DNA from: an uncultured Jatrophihabitantaceae bacterium
Lineage (GTDB): Bacteria > Actinomycetota > Actinomycetes > Mycobacteriales > Jatrophihabitantaceae
Assembly (NCBI GenBank): GCA_964252015.1
Contig: CAXULW010000019.1
Coordinates: 4,118-68,117 of the forward strand
DNA: 64,000 bases
Reading direction: 5' to 3'
Position numbers and translations under genes: made by a program. The stretch's first letter is position 1. Each line of letters opens with the position of its first letter. Below the pieces are notes generated by a model, which was not told the DNA's origin, made no database searches, and worked only from the letters and a program-made list of their open reading frames with translations. This document shows, one piece after another, positions 10,868-19,191 of the stretch.

Positions 10868-12196
10868 CTAGGCCGTACCCGTGGCCAGGTCGCGCAGGCG
10901 GGTGAAGACGCGTTCCTCGGAGCGCAGCCCGTCGTGCTCGAACTCGTTGGTCACCCACGGTCGTAACCCGGGCACCGCGGCGGCCGTCTGCAGCGATAGT
11001 TGGGCGTCGACGTAGAGATCGTCGTAGTAGATGGCGGCGGCGACCGGAACCTCGTTGTGGGCCAGCACTTCAGGGTCGTAGAGGTCGGGCCAGTCGCTCT
11101 TGGCGTTGAGCAGTTCCATGGCTCCGGCAAAGGGCTTGAGCGCGGATTCGTCGCGGAAGATGGAAGGTTCCTTCATCTCGCCGGTGAGGCAAAGATCGTC
11201 GGCGTCCGGGGACACGGCCGGGAACTCGGCGCGGACGCGGTGGGCGGCCCACCGTGACGCGGTGCCCGAGCAGTAGATGACCTCCTGGAGCACGGCGTAC
11301 AGCGGCCCGTCCAGGTGGGAGGTTTGGTGCTCGACGTCGAGCAGGAACGCCGACGCGACATCATGACCGTCGAACGCGGTCTCCAGCAGGTAGTGGACTT
11401 CAGCGAAGCCGTAGCTCATCCCCAACCCGATACCCAATGATTGCAGGCGTTCCACCGTCAGCGGGTCACCTCCGGGTAGGCGAAGTGGATCGTCGTCCGG
11501 ACGAGACCGGATCACGTCGCGAAGTCGGTTCAGCACGCTCTGGTCGCCTGGGTAACGGCGGAAGTGTTCGGCGTTCTTGGCCAGGACGCGCGGCCAGGTA
11601 CGCCGGTATACGTCCTCGGCGGTCGCGGTCAGTCCCGGTACACCGCCGGTGATCAGGCACTCGGCCAACCCGTGCGGGGCCAGCGACAGGTAGGTCAGCG
11701 TGCAGAAGCCGCCGTAACTCTGGCCCAGCGTGGTCCACGGGCGCCCGCCGGCGACGGTGGCGCGCAGAATTTCGGCGTCGCGCACGATCGCATCGGCCCG
11801 GAAGTAGCTGAGGTAGTCGGCCAGCGCGTCATCGTCGGCGAAGCGACCCGGGGTGCGGTCGGTGACCGGCGTGGACAGCCCGGTGCCGCGCTGGTCCAGG
11901 AGCAGAACGCGGTAGTTCTTGACCGCCTCGGCGATCCATCCGTCGCGGTGGACGGGGCGGGGGGAAGCACCACCCGGTCCGCCCTGCAGGAACAGCAGCC
12001 ACGGCAGGTCGTCCTGAGCCCGTTCGATCGAGCGCACTTCGCGGGCGAACACCGTCACCGTGGGCCCGTCCGGGCGGGAGTGATCCAGTGGCGCTGATAC
12101 GACGTGTTCCTGCAGCAGCAGGCCGGGCACCGGGCGCGAGTAGACGGTCACCTGCGCCAGCCTGCCACCGCCTCGATGCGCGCGCGGGGTAAGCAC
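10868..12196 (-). CDS. alpha/beta hydrolase, S33 prolyl aminopeptidase-like
   Basis: 442-aa ORF. LLFLQGGPGGASPRP, LLLDQRGTGLS and the nucleophile elbow LGQSYGGFCTLTYL match proline iminopeptidase-type hydrolases. Confidence 0.75.
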   Translation of the reverse strand: MLTPRAHRGGGRLAQVTVYSRPVPGLLLQEHVVSAPLDHSRPDGPTVTVFAREVRSIERAQDDLPWLLFLQGGPGGASPRPVHRDGWIAEAVKNYRVLLLDQRGTGLSTPVTDRTPGRFADDDALADYLSYFRADAIVRDAEILRATVAGGRPWTTLGQSYGGFCTLTYLSLAPHGLAECLITGGVPGLTATAEDVYRRTWPRVLAKNAEHFRRYPGDQSVLNRLRDVIRSRPDDDPLRLPGGDPLTVERLQSLGIGLGMSYGFAEVHYLLETAFDGHDVASAFLLDVEHQTSHLDGPLYAVLQEVIYCSGTASRWAAHRVRAEFPAVSPDADDLCLTGEMKEPSIFRDESALKPFAGAMELLNAKSDWPDLYDPEVLAHNEVPVAAAIYYDDLYVDAQLSLQTAAAVPGLRPWVTNEFEHDGLRSEERVFTRLRDLATGTA

Positions 12197-12251
12197 GGAT
12201 GGACGGGTATGGAGCTAACATCGGCTCACCCCCCCGCTCGGCCGTCTGGAG

Positions 12252-13775
12252 TTGGCAATGAGCGTTTTTCGCGCAGTGGGCGTCGGGGTCGCGGCTCTCG
12301 TGCTTCTGGGGGCGGCTGGGATTGTCGGCACGGATTCGGTGGCGTCCGCTTCGGGCGCCTCGGCCGCGGCCGGCGCAGGGACGTTCGTCTCGGTGGCGCC
12401 GACGCGGATCATGGACTCGAGCAGATCGCTGGGGGCACGAGCACCGTTGCCGCACGGGGTCACGACGTTGCACGTGCTCGGTGGGGCGGTGCCTGCTTCG
12501 GCGCAGGTGACGGCGGTGGTGGTCACGGTGACGGTCAGTGCGCCGGCGGCGAGCGGCTATCTGACCGTGTACCAGGACGGGGGCACGCGGCCGGGCACAT
12601 CGAACGTGAACTTCGCCGCCGGCCGTTCGCAGGCCGACCAGGTGTACGCGCCGGTCGGGGCGAACGGTGACATCGATCTGTACAACGGATCCGCCGGCGC
12701 CATGCGCGTGCTGGTGGACGTGACGGGCTATTTCGCGCAGGTCGCGAACGCGCCGGCGGGGTCGTTCGTCGCGCTGACCCCGCGCCGGGCGCTCGACACC
12801 CGGTCCCCGTCCGGTGGCGGGGCCTTGCCCGGGCACTCGACGCGGGCGGTGCAGCTGACCGGAGTGGGATCGACTCCCGTCGGTGGGGCTTCGGCGGTGG
12901 CGTTCACCCTGACCGCGCTCTCGCCCACCGCAGGGGGGTACCTGAGCGTCTATGCGGCGGGCCGCGCTCGGCCGGGCACGTCGAACGTGGACTTCGCTAC
13001 GCATCAGGCGGTGGGAAACCTGGTGGTGGCGTCGGTCGGTACCGGGGGGAAGGTCGACGTCTACAACGGGTCGGCCGGGTCGGTGCAGTTGGTCGTCGAC
13101 GTGCAGGGCTACTTCGTGTCCGGAACCCCACGGCTGGGTGGCACCTACGTCCCCGTCCCGCCCACCCGCGTCTTCTCCGAACGCAGCGTGGCCGCCCGGG
13201 ACACGTTCGGCTACGACAATTACCTCGCTCCGCCCGTGTTCCCGGACGATGTCGTCGGGAGCGAGGTCGTCAACCTGACCGCTTCGGGGGTCAGCGCCAG
13301 CGGGTTTGCGGTCGCCTACCGGACCGACAAACCGCGCCCGTCTGCGGTCTCGACCATGAACCTGACCCGCGGGTTCGTGACGGCCGGGCTCACCCAGACG
13401 CCTGGGGGCACGATCTACAACGGCACGGCCGCGTCCGTTCGGTTCACCGGCGACTTCTTCGGGTATTACGTCGCTCCGGCGGGCATCGGCGCGCTCACCG
13501 GCCACATCACCGACGCGAGTACCCACCGCGGCATCGGCCACATCCTCGTCACCCTGCTCTTGCTACGCCAGGAGGGTCTGGATCAATCCGAAACCACGTA
13601 CACCCAGGTCACCACCGCGGCGGACGGGTCGTACGCCTTCCCAGCGCCTACGCCGGGAACACATTTTTCCTGTGCGCGAATACGCTGCACGCCGTTCAGC
13701 CGAATGCGGCTACCGGCTACCCGAACGAGTGTTATGGCGCCACGTCGGCTGATCCGACGAAAGCAACCGCGGTGA
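12252..13775 (+). CDS. secreted repeat protein, N-terminal segment (signal peptide plus three ~120-aa repeats plus first carboxypeptidase-regulatory-like domain); probably one gene with 13772..14767, interrupted by a frameshift
   Basis: A signal-like N-terminus (VGVGVAALVLLGAAGIVG) precedes three copies of a module ending in GYL(T/S)VY..G..RPGTSNV(N/D)F......V..V...G.(I/V)D(L/V)YNGSAG...(L/V)VVDV.GYF. The last ~35 codons look out of frame. Confidence 0.65.
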   Translation: MAMSVFRAVGVGVAALVLLGAAGIVGTDSVASASGASAAAGAGTFVSVAPTRIMDSSRSLGARAPLPHGVTTLHVLGGAVPASAQVTAVVVTVTVSAPAASGYLTVYQDGGTRPGTSNVNFAAGRSQADQVYAPVGANGDIDLYNGSAGAMRVLVDVTGYFAQVANAPAGSFVALTPRRALDTRSPSGGGALPGHSTRAVQLTGVGSTPVGGASAVAFTLTALSPTAGGYLSVYAAGRARPGTSNVDFATHQAVGNLVVASVGTGGKVDVYNGSAGSVQLVVDVQGYFVSGTPRLGGTYVPVPPTRVFSERSVAARDTFGYDNYLAPPVFPDDVVGSEVVNLTASGVSASGFAVAYRTDKPRPSAVSTMNLTRGFVTAGLTQTPGGTIYNGTAASVRFTGDFFGYYVAPAGIGALTGHITDASTHRGIGHILVTLLLLRQEGLDQSETTYTQVTTAADGSYAFPAPTPGTHFSCARIRCTPFSRMRLPATRTSVMAPRRLIRRKQPR

Positions 13776-14767
13776 CGCTCACCGGCGGGTCGACCACGAC
13801 CATCGACCTCGCGCTGCCGCAGATCGCCGCGGGGACGGTGCGCGGGACGGTCACGAACGCCGCGGGTACCGAACTCGCGGGCGTCGGGGTGACGCTCACC
13901 CTCCACGGCGCCACCCCGTCACCAGGCCCGCTCGTCACCGACGGCTCCGGGGCCTACTACGCCGAACTCGCGCCGGGTTCATACGACCTGTGCTTCGACC
14001 CGGACCGCGTGCCGAAGGGGAGCACTCCGTACGGATACGCGCCCGTGTGCCGAACGCTGACCGTCACCGCCGGTGCGACGGTGTCCGGCGATCAGGTCAT
14101 CCCCGCGTACGGCAGCATCTCCGGTCGGGTCACCACGAGCACCGGCAAGGCCGTCAGCTCCGGCGCGGTCGAGGCGTTCCTGCCGAACGGTGGCCCCGCC
14201 GGCGGGGTCGAGCTCAGCTCTACCGGTACCTTCACGATTCCCACCCTCGCTCCCGGCTCCTACACGGTGTGCGTGGCCACGGGTGCAGCGTCGCTGCCGC
14301 CGTACGGCTATGCCGATGAGTGCTACCAGAACGTGCTTTGGCCAGAGGGATTGTGGAGCGACATCCCCGCCGGCACTACCCCGGTCGTCGTGGCCTCCGG
14401 TGCCAACTCGGCCATCAACACCATGGTTTTGCCGCCGGACGGTGCGATCTCCGGCCGGGTCACCGATTCACACGGCACGCCGATCACCAAGGGCGTCGAC
14501 GTCGATGTGTATGACCCCGCGAACGGGGCCGAGGCCGGGCAGGCCCAGGTCGATGCACACGGGGTCTACACCGTGATCGGGCTGCCCGCCTCGAGCACCG
14601 GATACACCGTCTGCTTCATTGCCCAGCGGTCCGGACTTGCGCCGGTCGGGCAGTGTTACCGCGGCGTCGCGTGGAACACGGCCCCGCCTACGCCAGCCGG
14701 CACGACGCCAGTCTCAGTCTCCTCCGGGGCCGTTCATCTCGGCGTGGACGCGGTTCTGCCTATCTAG
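13772..14767 (+). CDS. secreted repeat protein, C-terminal segment (four carboxypeptidase-regulatory-like / Cna-B-like beta-sandwich repeats)
   Basis: Repeats of G(T/S)(V/I)(R/S)G(R/T)VT....G....G..V......., ...PGSY..C. This frame stays sensible upstream to at least 13664 (..NTFFLCANTLHAVQPNAATGYPNECYGATSADPTKATAVTLTGG), so the tracked start at 13772 is probably not the real one. Confidence 0.6.
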   Translation: MTLTGGSTTTIDLALPQIAAGTVRGTVTNAAGTELAGVGVTLTLHGATPSPGPLVTDGSGAYYAELAPGSYDLCFDPDRVPKGSTPYGYAPVCRTLTVTAGATVSGDQVIPAYGSISGRVTTSTGKAVSSGAVEAFLPNGGPAGGVELSSTGTFTIPTLAPGSYTVCVATGAASLPPYGYADECYQNVLWPEGLWSDIPAGTTPVVVASGANSAINTMVLPPDGAISGRVTDSHGTPITKGVDVDVYDPANGAEAGQAQVDAHGVYTVIGLPASSTGYTVCFIAQRSGLAPVGQCYRGVAWNTAPPTPAGTTPVSVSSGAVHLGVDAVLPI

Positions 14768-14824
14768 CGGGGAGCTGAAGCGTTCTCGTCGGTGCCCGGA
14801 CGTGAGCCTTGAGCCCGCAGCGCG

Positions 14825-15412
14825 TCAGCGGTCGAAGGGGAGGTGGCGGCCGAGGATGGCGAAGGGACGGACCTCGCCCGGGAAATAGTGGCGGCGGGCG
14901 AGGTCGATGAAGCCCATCCGACGGTAGAGGTGCATGGCCGTGGTGTCGGCGTCCGGCGTGGACAGCAGCATGGTGCGGTGGGGTAGTCCGCTGGCCAGCG
15001 ATTCCAGGAGCGCGCGACCGACGCCGCGGCCCTGCGCGGACGGGTGCACGTGCAACTCGGACAGCTCGAACGCGTCGGTCATCCACTGCGCGGCTTGATC
15101 GTCGGTGAGCGCCTCCCGGACCATCTCGTGCCACCACTGGCCGTGTTCGCTCAGGTAGCCGTACCCGAACCCGATCAGCCGGTCCTGCTGGTCGAACGCG
15201 GCCCGGGCGGCGAAGTGTGGAAACGTGGACTGGCTGCGGGCCGATCGCGCTCGCACGACGCCGGCCTGGGCCACGTACCCCATCGCCTCGGCGTAGATGG
15301 CCATGGCGTCTTCGGCGTAGCGGTGGAACTGGTCCGCGCTCCACACCTCGATGCGCAGACGCGCGGCGTCGGCCACGGTGGGCAAGCTTAGAGGCTGTGG
15401 GATCGTGTTCAT
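14825..15412 (-). CDS. GNAT family N-acetyltransferase
   Basis: ORF 14825..15463 with a likely ATG at 15412. It has an acetyl-CoA binding block, LHVHPSAQGRGVGRALLESL ... HLYRRMGF. Confidence 0.75.
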   Translation of the reverse strand: MNTIPQPLSLPTVADAARLRIEVWSADQFHRYAEDAMAIYAEAMGYVAQAGVVRARSARSQSTFPHFAARAAFDQQDRLIGFGYGYLSEHGQWWHEMVREALTDDQAAQWMTDAFELSELHVHPSAQGRGVGRALLESLASGLPHRTMLLSTPDADTTAMHLYRRMGFIDLARRHYFPGEVRPFAILGRHLPFDR

Positions 15413-15444
15413 GCGCGCAGGCCGATCGAATCGTGCTGACCGGC

Positions 15445-16146
15445 TCAGACGTGCAGTCCGCACTCGACCTTGGCGAATCCAGCCCAGCGTCCGGACCGCG
15501 AGTCGTCACCGACGGATTTGGCCGTGCACGGCTCGCAGCCGACCGAGCCGTATCCCTCGGACAGGATCGGGTTGACCAGGATGTTGTGCTCGACGATGTA
15601 GGCGTCGACGTCGTCCTGGCTCCAGGTGGCGATCGGGTTGATCTTGACCAACCCGCGGTGGGCGTCCCAGTGCACCACCTTCGTACGCGACCGGCTGAAC
15701 GACTCGTCCCGGCGCAATCCCGCGGTCCATGCCGCATACGGCGCCAACGCGGTGCCCAGCGGGGTGACCTTGCGCATCGCGCAGCACTTGTCGGGGTCGC
15801 GGGCGAAAAGATCAGGTCCGTACTGCGCGTCCTGCTCGGCCACGGTCAGCTCGGGGGTGATCGTGCGGAGCGTGATCGGCATGGTCGCTTTGACCGCGTC
15901 CCGGGTGCCGATGGTCTCGGCGAAGTGGTACCCGGTGTCGAGGAAGATCACGTCCACGCCCGGCTGCACGCGCGAGGCCAGGTGCGGGACGACCGCGTCG
16001 GCCATGGACGATGCGACACACCACGACGGCCCGAACTCGGCCGAAGCCCATTCCAGGATCTCGAGCGCCGGCGCCCCCTCGAACTCACGGCCGGCCCAGT
16101 CGGCCAGATCGGCCAACCGGCCATGCTCGGACGCAGGCGCGCTCAT
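15445..16146 (-). CDS. cysH: adenylyl-sulfate (APS) / phosphoadenylyl-sulfate reductase, Fe-S type
   Basis: ORF 15445..16236 with a likely ATG at 16146 that overlaps the upstream stop (ATGA). It has the PP-loop-like FLDTGYHF and also KCCAMRKV plus GCEPCT, the Cys-Cys...CxxC signature of iron-sulfur APS reductases. Confidence 0.85.
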   Translation of the reverse strand: MSAPASEHGRLADLADWAGREFEGAPALEILEWASAEFGPSWCVASSMADAVVPHLASRVQPGVDVIFLDTGYHFAETIGTRDAVKATMPITLRTITPELTVAEQDAQYGPDLFARDPDKCCAMRKVTPLGTALAPYAAWTAGLRRDESFSRSRTKVVHWDAHRGLVKINPIATWSQDDVDAYIVEHNILVNPILSEGYGSVGCEPCTAKSVGDDSRSGRWAGFAKVECGLHV

Positions 16147-16340
16147 GCTTTCTCTCCGGTGTTCACGAGTGCGGAACGGTTGACAAGTCCCAGGTATTTC
16201 AAGGCAAACGCCCGCTGGCAGGAATTGCAGCGCCATTGCCCGTGGCCAGCCGACCCGTCGGTGGGGTCAAACGGACGGATGTCCTCATCGCCGCAGTACG
16301 CGCAGTAGAACGGCGCCGCATGCCCAGTGGGAGCGCTCAC
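16143..16340 (-). CDS. small zinc-ribbon protein between sirA and cysH (function unknown)
   Basis: 65-aa ORF with a GTG start. It has two CxxC pairs (CAYCGDE ... CNSCQRAF). Its stop overlaps the cysH ATG, which implies translational coupling. Confidence 0.55.
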   Translation of the reverse strand: MSAPTGHAAPFYCAYCGDEDIRPFDPTDGSAGHGQWRCNSCQRAFALKYLGLVNRSALVNTGEKA

Positions 16341-16425
16341 TGTGACACCTGCTCTTCGCGCAAGCGCTCATCGCGTTGTTCGCTCCGCTCCTCGGGCGCT
16401 GAAAAGCGCGCCCTGCGATGCTCAC

Positions 16426-18183
16426 TCACACCAGCCACTCCTCGTCCGCGCGCGTCACGTACGAGGCGAAGGACTCGCCGTCGCTGCGGCGCTCGGTGTA
16501 GCCGCGCAGAACGCGTTCGGCGTACACCGGGGCCTCATCGGCGGTGACCTTCAGCCCGCGGAACTTGCGTCCGAAGGCGGCCTCGGTGCCCAGCTGGCCG
16601 CCGAGGTGCACCTGGAACGCTTCCACGTCGGCACCGTCGGCGTCGCGGGCGATGATGCCCTTGAACCCGATGTCGGCCACCTGGAAGCGGGCGCACGAGT
16701 TCGGGCAGCCGTTGACGTTGACGGTGATCGGGGTGTCGAACTCCGGCAGCCGCTGCTCGAGTTCGGTGCGGATGACTTCGGCCCGCGCCTTGGTCTCGAC
16801 GATGGCCAGCTTGCAGAACTCGATGCCGGTGCACGCGATCGTGCCGCGGTGGAAGGCCGACGGTCGTGCCGCCAGCCCGATCGCGTCGAGTTCGGTGATC
16901 AGCTCTTCCACGTTGGCCTCGGGTACGTCCAGCACCACCAGGCCCTGCTGCGCCGTGGTGGACACCCGTCCGCCGCCCAGACGCAGGCTGAGGTCGGCGA
17001 GCGCGGCGAGCGCGGTGCCGCTGGTGCGCCCGGACTTGGTGGTGACGCCGACCGCGTTGAGGCCGTTGCGTTGCGGTTGAACGCCGACGTGGTCGCGGTT
17101 GGCCGGTGACGGGCCCGGCCCCGGACCGTCGGGAAGGCGGAAGCCGAGGTACTCCTTCTCCATCACCTCGCGAAACTTCTCCGTGCCCCAGTCGGCGACC
17201 AGGAACTTCAGGCGGGCGTGGTTGCGTGAGCGGCGGTAACCGTAGTCGCGGAAGACGGACGCCACCGCGGACCAGACGTCGCTGACCTGCTCGGGACGCA
17301 CGTACACACCCAGGCGCTGGGCGAACATGGGGTTGGTGGACAGGCCGCCGCCGACCCACAGGTCGAAGCCTGGGGTCCCGTCGGCATCGGCTACCCCGAC
17401 GAACGAGACGTCGTTGATCTCGTGGTTGGTGCAGTGCTGGGTGCACCCCGAGATCGAGGTCTTGAACTTGCGGGGCAGGTTGGAGAAGGCCGGGTCGCCG
17501 AGATACTTGTCGACGGTGGCGCGCAGCGCGGGCAATCCGTTGATCACGGCGTCGGCAGTCTCGCCCTCGAGCGGGCACGAGAGCATGACGCGCGGAGTGT
17601 CGCCGCAGGCCTCCGTCGTGCTCAGGCCGATGCCCTCGAGCTGTTCCCAGATGGCGGGCATGTCTTCAACGCGGATCCAGTGCAGCTGCACGTTCTGCCG
17701 GTCGGTGATGTCAGCGACGTCACGGCCGTACCTGGTCGCGATATTGGCGATGACCCGCAGCTGCCCGGCCGAAAGGCGCCCGCCGTCGATGCGGATGCGG
17801 AGCATGAAGTACTCGTCCTCGAGCTCCTCCGGCTCCAGGATCGCGGTGCGTCCGCCGGGGATGCCGGGCGCGCGCTGGGTGTAGAGCCCGTACCAGCGGA
17901 AACGCCCGCGCAGGTCACTCGGGTCGATGCCGGCGAAGCCCGTCTTGGAGTAGATGTCGACGATGCGCTGACGCACGGCCAGGCCGTCGCTATCACGCTT
18001 GGCGCGCTCGTTCGGGTTCAACGGTTCGCGGTACCCCAACGCCCACTGACCCTGGCCGCGACGGGCCGGCTTGGCGGCACGGGCGCTCGCGTTGCGCGTT
18101 GCTGAGGGTGCGTTGACGCCGGCCGGCGGTGCGCTGCGCGTGGCCGGCTCTGCGCTGCGCCGGGCCGGCGTCGGGGCTGACAT
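16426..18183 (-). CDS. sirA: ferredoxin-dependent sulfite reductase (siroheme/4Fe-4S nitrite-sulfite reductase family)
   Basis: 585-aa ORF with the NirA/SirA architecture. The Fe-S/siroheme cysteine cluster motifs are present (TACTGIEFCKLA, NGCPNSCAR). Confidence 0.85.
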   Translation of the reverse strand: MSAPTPARRSAEPATRSAPPAGVNAPSATRNASARAAKPARRGQGQWALGYREPLNPNERAKRDSDGLAVRQRIVDIYSKTGFAGIDPSDLRGRFRWYGLYTQRAPGIPGGRTAILEPEELEDEYFMLRIRIDGGRLSAGQLRVIANIATRYGRDVADITDRQNVQLHWIRVEDMPAIWEQLEGIGLSTTEACGDTPRVMLSCPLEGETADAVINGLPALRATVDKYLGDPAFSNLPRKFKTSISGCTQHCTNHEINDVSFVGVADADGTPGFDLWVGGGLSTNPMFAQRLGVYVRPEQVSDVWSAVASVFRDYGYRRSRNHARLKFLVADWGTEKFREVMEKEYLGFRLPDGPGPGPSPANRDHVGVQPQRNGLNAVGVTTKSGRTSGTALAALADLSLRLGGGRVSTTAQQGLVVLDVPEANVEELITELDAIGLAARPSAFHRGTIACTGIEFCKLAIVETKARAEVIRTELEQRLPEFDTPITVNVNGCPNSCARFQVADIGFKGIIARDADGADVEAFQVHLGGQLGTEAAFGRKFRGLKVTADEAPVYAERVLRGYTERRSDGESFASYVTRADEEWLV

Positions 18184-18530
18184 GGTTTTCGAGGTCCTTC
18201 GGGGGGGTTTAGGGCCGTGATCGGTCCCAGGGGAACAGCCGGACGTCGCGAGGCAGGGGCTCGAACCGGGTTATGAGCGAACCGGACACGGTTCGACGCC
18301 GGACCTCAGCGGGTTACAGGCGGCATACAGCCGGTGCCGACCAGACGCATCAGGTCGACATGGCGACGCATCGTCAGATGCAGGTCGCGAGGCTGGTTCA
18401 CGATGCGATCATCCCACACCTGGCTCCGATGGGGAAATGCCGCCGGTCACATCCACCTCAGGGCGCCGCGTCCGCTGTGGCACGATTTACTGTCGATCAA
18501 CACCTGCCGGCAGATCCTGAGAGGGCCACC

Positions 18531-19112
18531 TTGTCGTCTGCGCCGTCCGTTTCCGTGGAATCGGCCCCCGTTTCCGGTACTGCCCCGGCCGGCTCCGGTG
18601 CCACCATCTGGCTCACCGGGCTGCCCAGCGCGGGCAAGACCACGACCGCCAACGCGCTGGCCGAACGGCTGACCGAGCTGGGGCGCCCGGTCGAGATCCT
18701 CGACGGTGACGCGGTGCGTCCGGTGCTGTCGCCGGAGCTGGGCTACTCGCGGGCGGACCGTGACGCCAACGTGGCCAGGATCGGCTGGGTGGCGTCGCGG
18801 CTGGCCCGCCACGGCGTCATCGTCATTGCTGCCGTCGTCTCGCCGTTCGCGGCGGCGCGCGACGGGGTGCGCGCTCGTCACCAGGGACAGGCCCGCTTCT
18901 ACGAGGTACATATCGCCACCCCGGTCGAGGTCTGCGCGCAACGCGACGTCAAGGGTCTGTACGCCCGTCAGCGCACCGGCGAGGTGGCCGGGTTGACCGG
19001 CATAGACGACGAGTACGAGCCGCCCCTGCACCCCGAGCTCGTCATCGACACATCAGCCCGCCCACTGGCGCAATCGGTCGACGACCTCGTCGAGATGCTC
19101 GACGCCTCCTGA
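18531..19112 (+). CDS. cysC: adenylyl-sulfate kinase
   Basis: Distal part of ORF 18273..19112. The in-frame TTG at 18531 is preceded by gagaggg. It has a Walker A (WLTGLPSAGKTT), LDGDAVR and GLTGIDDEYEPP. The start is uncertain. Confidence 0.8.
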   Translation: MSSAPSVSVESAPVSGTAPAGSGATIWLTGLPSAGKTTTANALAERLTELGRPVEILDGDAVRPVLSPELGYSRADRDANVARIGWVASRLARHGVIVIAAVVSPFAAARDGVRARHQGQARFYEVHIATPVEVCAQRDVKGLYARQRTGEVAGLTGIDDEYEPPLHPELVIDTSARPLAQSVDDLVEMLDAS

Positions 19113-19191
19113 CACTGACGACCCTGACACCGACGACCCTGACACCGACGGTCCCCGCTACGCCGTTTCCACGCCGGACCACACTGGAGCG

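Noticed and set aside
11829-13541. 570-aa minus-strand ORF overlapping the hydrolase and the secreted repeat protein, and similar long ORFs (1524..2633, 29321..31396, 42746..44377, 47829..49394, 56762..58438)
   Set aside because: All are antisense or out of frame relative to genes with clear homology. They have Arg/Gly/Pro/His-dominated composition and no domain signatures.
18184-18530. 347-nt divergent sirA/cysC spacer as a riboswitch or sRNA locus
   Set aside because: Only short hairpins are visible (for example cgaaccg-gaca-cggttcg) and I recognise no known motif. Part of it may be cysC coding sequence if the upstream start at 18273 is used.
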